Shown one piece after another: positions 62,328-64,000 of a DNA stretch of 64,000 nt. The translations under genes were made by a program, and so were the position numbers. The first letter of the stretch is position 1. Every line of letters begins with the position of its first letter. Origin of the DNA: Deltaproteobacteria bacterium (GTDB lineage Bacteria; Myxococcota_A; Polyangia; Polyangiales; Houyiibacteriaceae); the NCBI GenBank assembly GCA_034670305.1, contig JAXMNT010000015.1:84417-148416 (forward strand). Reading direction: 5' to 3'. The notes below the pieces were generated by a model. It worked only from the letters and a program-made list of their open reading frames with translations, ran no database searches and had not been told where the DNA came from.

Positions 62328-63839
62328 GTGGAGTGGCTCGCCCAGGTGAACTCGTCGACGCAGGTGGCGTTCGTCGTCGCGGCGTGCCTGATCTTGCTCC
62401 TCCCGGTGCTGCTGCCGGCCGGAACCCGTGGCGCGGTGAAAGCACCGCTCGTCTTCTTGGTCATCGCGGTGCTGCTCATGTTCGCGCACACCCTGGATGA
62501 ACCGGGACGCATCGAACGGGAGCCACTTCGCGTCACGTCCATCTTCTTCCTCGGTCTGTCGTGTGCGCGCAGCTTCTTTCTGATCCTGCTGCACTCCGTC
62601 GTCACGAAGATGCTCGGCGGGGATGTGCCGCGCATCGTGCGGGACTTGATCCAGGCGCTTCTCTACACCGGCGTCGTGTTCAACACGCTCCGTTCGGCCG
62701 GGGTGGAGCTCGGATCGCTCTTGACCACCTCGGCCTTGCTCACGGCGGTCATCGGCCTGAGTCTGCAGGACACCCTCGGCAACCTCTTCGCGGGGCTCGC
62801 CATCCAGGCCCAGCGACCCTTCCGAGTCGGAGATTGGATCCAGTTCGACGACATCGAAGCCCACATCGGGCAGGTGGTCGAGATGAACTGGCGCGCGGTC
62901 AAAGTGCTCACCCTGGACGAAGTCGAGATCATGGTGCCGAACGGCACGCTCGCCAAAGCCGCGCTCCGGAACTTCACGCTGCCCACCGCCATCGCCCGCA
63001 GACACGCCTACGTGGAAGCCCCGTATGGCGAGTCGCCAGAGAAGATCATGCCGGAGCTGCTCGAGGGCCTGCGTTCGGTGGATGGGGTGATCTGGGATCC
63101 GGAGCCGACCGTGCTCGTGCTCGAGTTCAACGAACGGGGCGTGCGCTACGAAGTCCGCTACTACATCGACGACTTCGAACGCCGCGAGCAGATCGGTGGG
63201 GCCGTGCGCGAACGCCTCTGGTACGCGCTGCAGCGGCTCGGCATCGAGATCCCAGTGCCTCAGCGGCAGGTCCGCATGTACGACCTGACCGAAGAACGAC
63301 TCGAACACGAAGCGGAGGCGCGGGTCGCGGAGCGCGACCAAGCGCTGCGGAGCGTCGACTTCCTGGAGGTGCTGCCAGACGCGGCGCGGCACGTGCTCGC
63401 AGAGCATTCGATCCTTCGCATGTACGCCCCGGGTGAGTCGATCATCGAACAGGGCGACCACGGCGAGGAGTTCTTCATCATCCAGCACGGAGAGACGGTG
63501 GTCGAAGTCGGCGAGGGCGCCGCCCGCAAGGAAGTCGCTCGCGTGAAGGCCGGACAGTTCTTCGGCGAGATGTCGCTGATGACCGGCGAGAAACGCACGG
63601 CGTCCGTAACCGCCGTGCGCGAGACCGTCGTGCTCGTCATCCACAAACACGCGGTGCAGTCGGTGCTCGAAAAGCAGCCCGAGCTCGCCGAGACGATCAG
63701 CAAAGTCCTCGCCCGCCGCTCCCAGGAACTCATCGACGCGGAGATCCGGAAGACGTTGCCCGGCGAAGTCGCCCGCATCGTCGAGAACGAAAGCAGCGTC
63801 CTGCTCCAACGCATCAAACGCTTCTTCTCGATCGGGTAG
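62328..63839 (+). CDS. MscS mechanosensitive channel with cyclic-nucleotide-binding domain
   Basis: GLSLQDTLGNLFAG, PFRVGDWI, IEIPVPQ; FFGEMSLMTGEKRTASV. Confidence 0.93.
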   Translation: MEWLAQVNSSTQVAFVVAACLILLLPVLLPAGTRGAVKAPLVFLVIAVLLMFAHTLDEPGRIEREPLRVTSIFFLGLSCARSFFLILLHSVVTKMLGGDVPRIVRDLIQALLYTGVVFNTLRSAGVELGSLLTTSALLTAVIGLSLQDTLGNLFAGLAIQAQRPFRVGDWIQFDDIEAHIGQVVEMNWRAVKVLTLDEVEIMVPNGTLAKAALRNFTLPTAIARRHAYVEAPYGESPEKIMPELLEGLRSVDGVIWDPEPTVLVLEFNERGVRYEVRYYIDDFERREQIGGAVRERLWYALQRLGIEIPVPQRQVRMYDLTEERLEHEAEARVAERDQALRSVDFLEVLPDAARHVLAEHSILRMYAPGESIIEQGDHGEEFFIIQHGETVVEVGEGAARKEVARVKAGQFFGEMSLMTGEKRTASVTAVRETVVLVIHKHAVQSVLEKQPELAETISKVLARRSQELIDAEIRKTLPGEVARIVENESSVLLQRIKRFFSIG

Positions 63840-63886
63840 AGCAGGCGCGACAGCGCCCTGCTCCCCTTGCCCCTGCCCTTGCCCTG
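63837..63886 (+). repeat. TAG-hairpin-(CCCTTG)n module, copy D
   Basis: TAG AGCAGGCGC GACA GCGCCCTGCT CCCCTTGCCCCTGCCCTTGCCC. Confidence 0.75.
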
Positions 63887-64000
63887 TACCGTTCTTCGTG
63901 TCCCGTGATCGTGTGATCATGGCGACTTGAGCGGTCTGCCTCCCGAGAGTGCCTCTCTTGCCCCGCGCCTCGAGCGCCTGGCAAGGATACGCGCCTCGGG

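Overview
Very GC-rich bacterial chromosome segment. The gene content (MopE-type Cys/Asp repeat lipoproteins, an FHA-sigma54 activator, a kinase-like membrane protein, a lone SctR) suggests Myxococcota, probably Polyangiales-like; this is inference. Housekeeping genes: pnp-dut, rpsO, ccsA-hemA-hemC followed by a LytS/LytTR pair, trxA, glmU, rseP, thiO, acyl-CoA dehydrogenase plus thiolase, mreBCD-mrdA-rodA, and several transporters and channels. Most of the unusual signal is intergenic. (1) There are four copies or remnants of four-helix-bundle (23S rRNA IVP/Avd-like) genes from two subfamilies, each next to hexanucleotide tandem arrays and hairpins. (2) A recurrent module 'TAG stop - hairpin - (CCCTTG)n' occurs four times; in two copies complementary arms enclose a four-helix-bundle remnant. 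(3) A REP-associated HUH tyrosine transposase sits inside long inverted repeats, with dispersed REP/MITE-like hairpins nearby. (4) An orphan Rhs C-terminal toxin/immunity cassette is bracketed by (GGCTTC)n arrays. (5) The rpsO leader can form a clean H-type pseudoknot. No tRNA, rRNA, CRISPR array or reverse transcriptase was recognised. All protein calls come from motif recognition by eye, start codons are estimates, and no searches were run.
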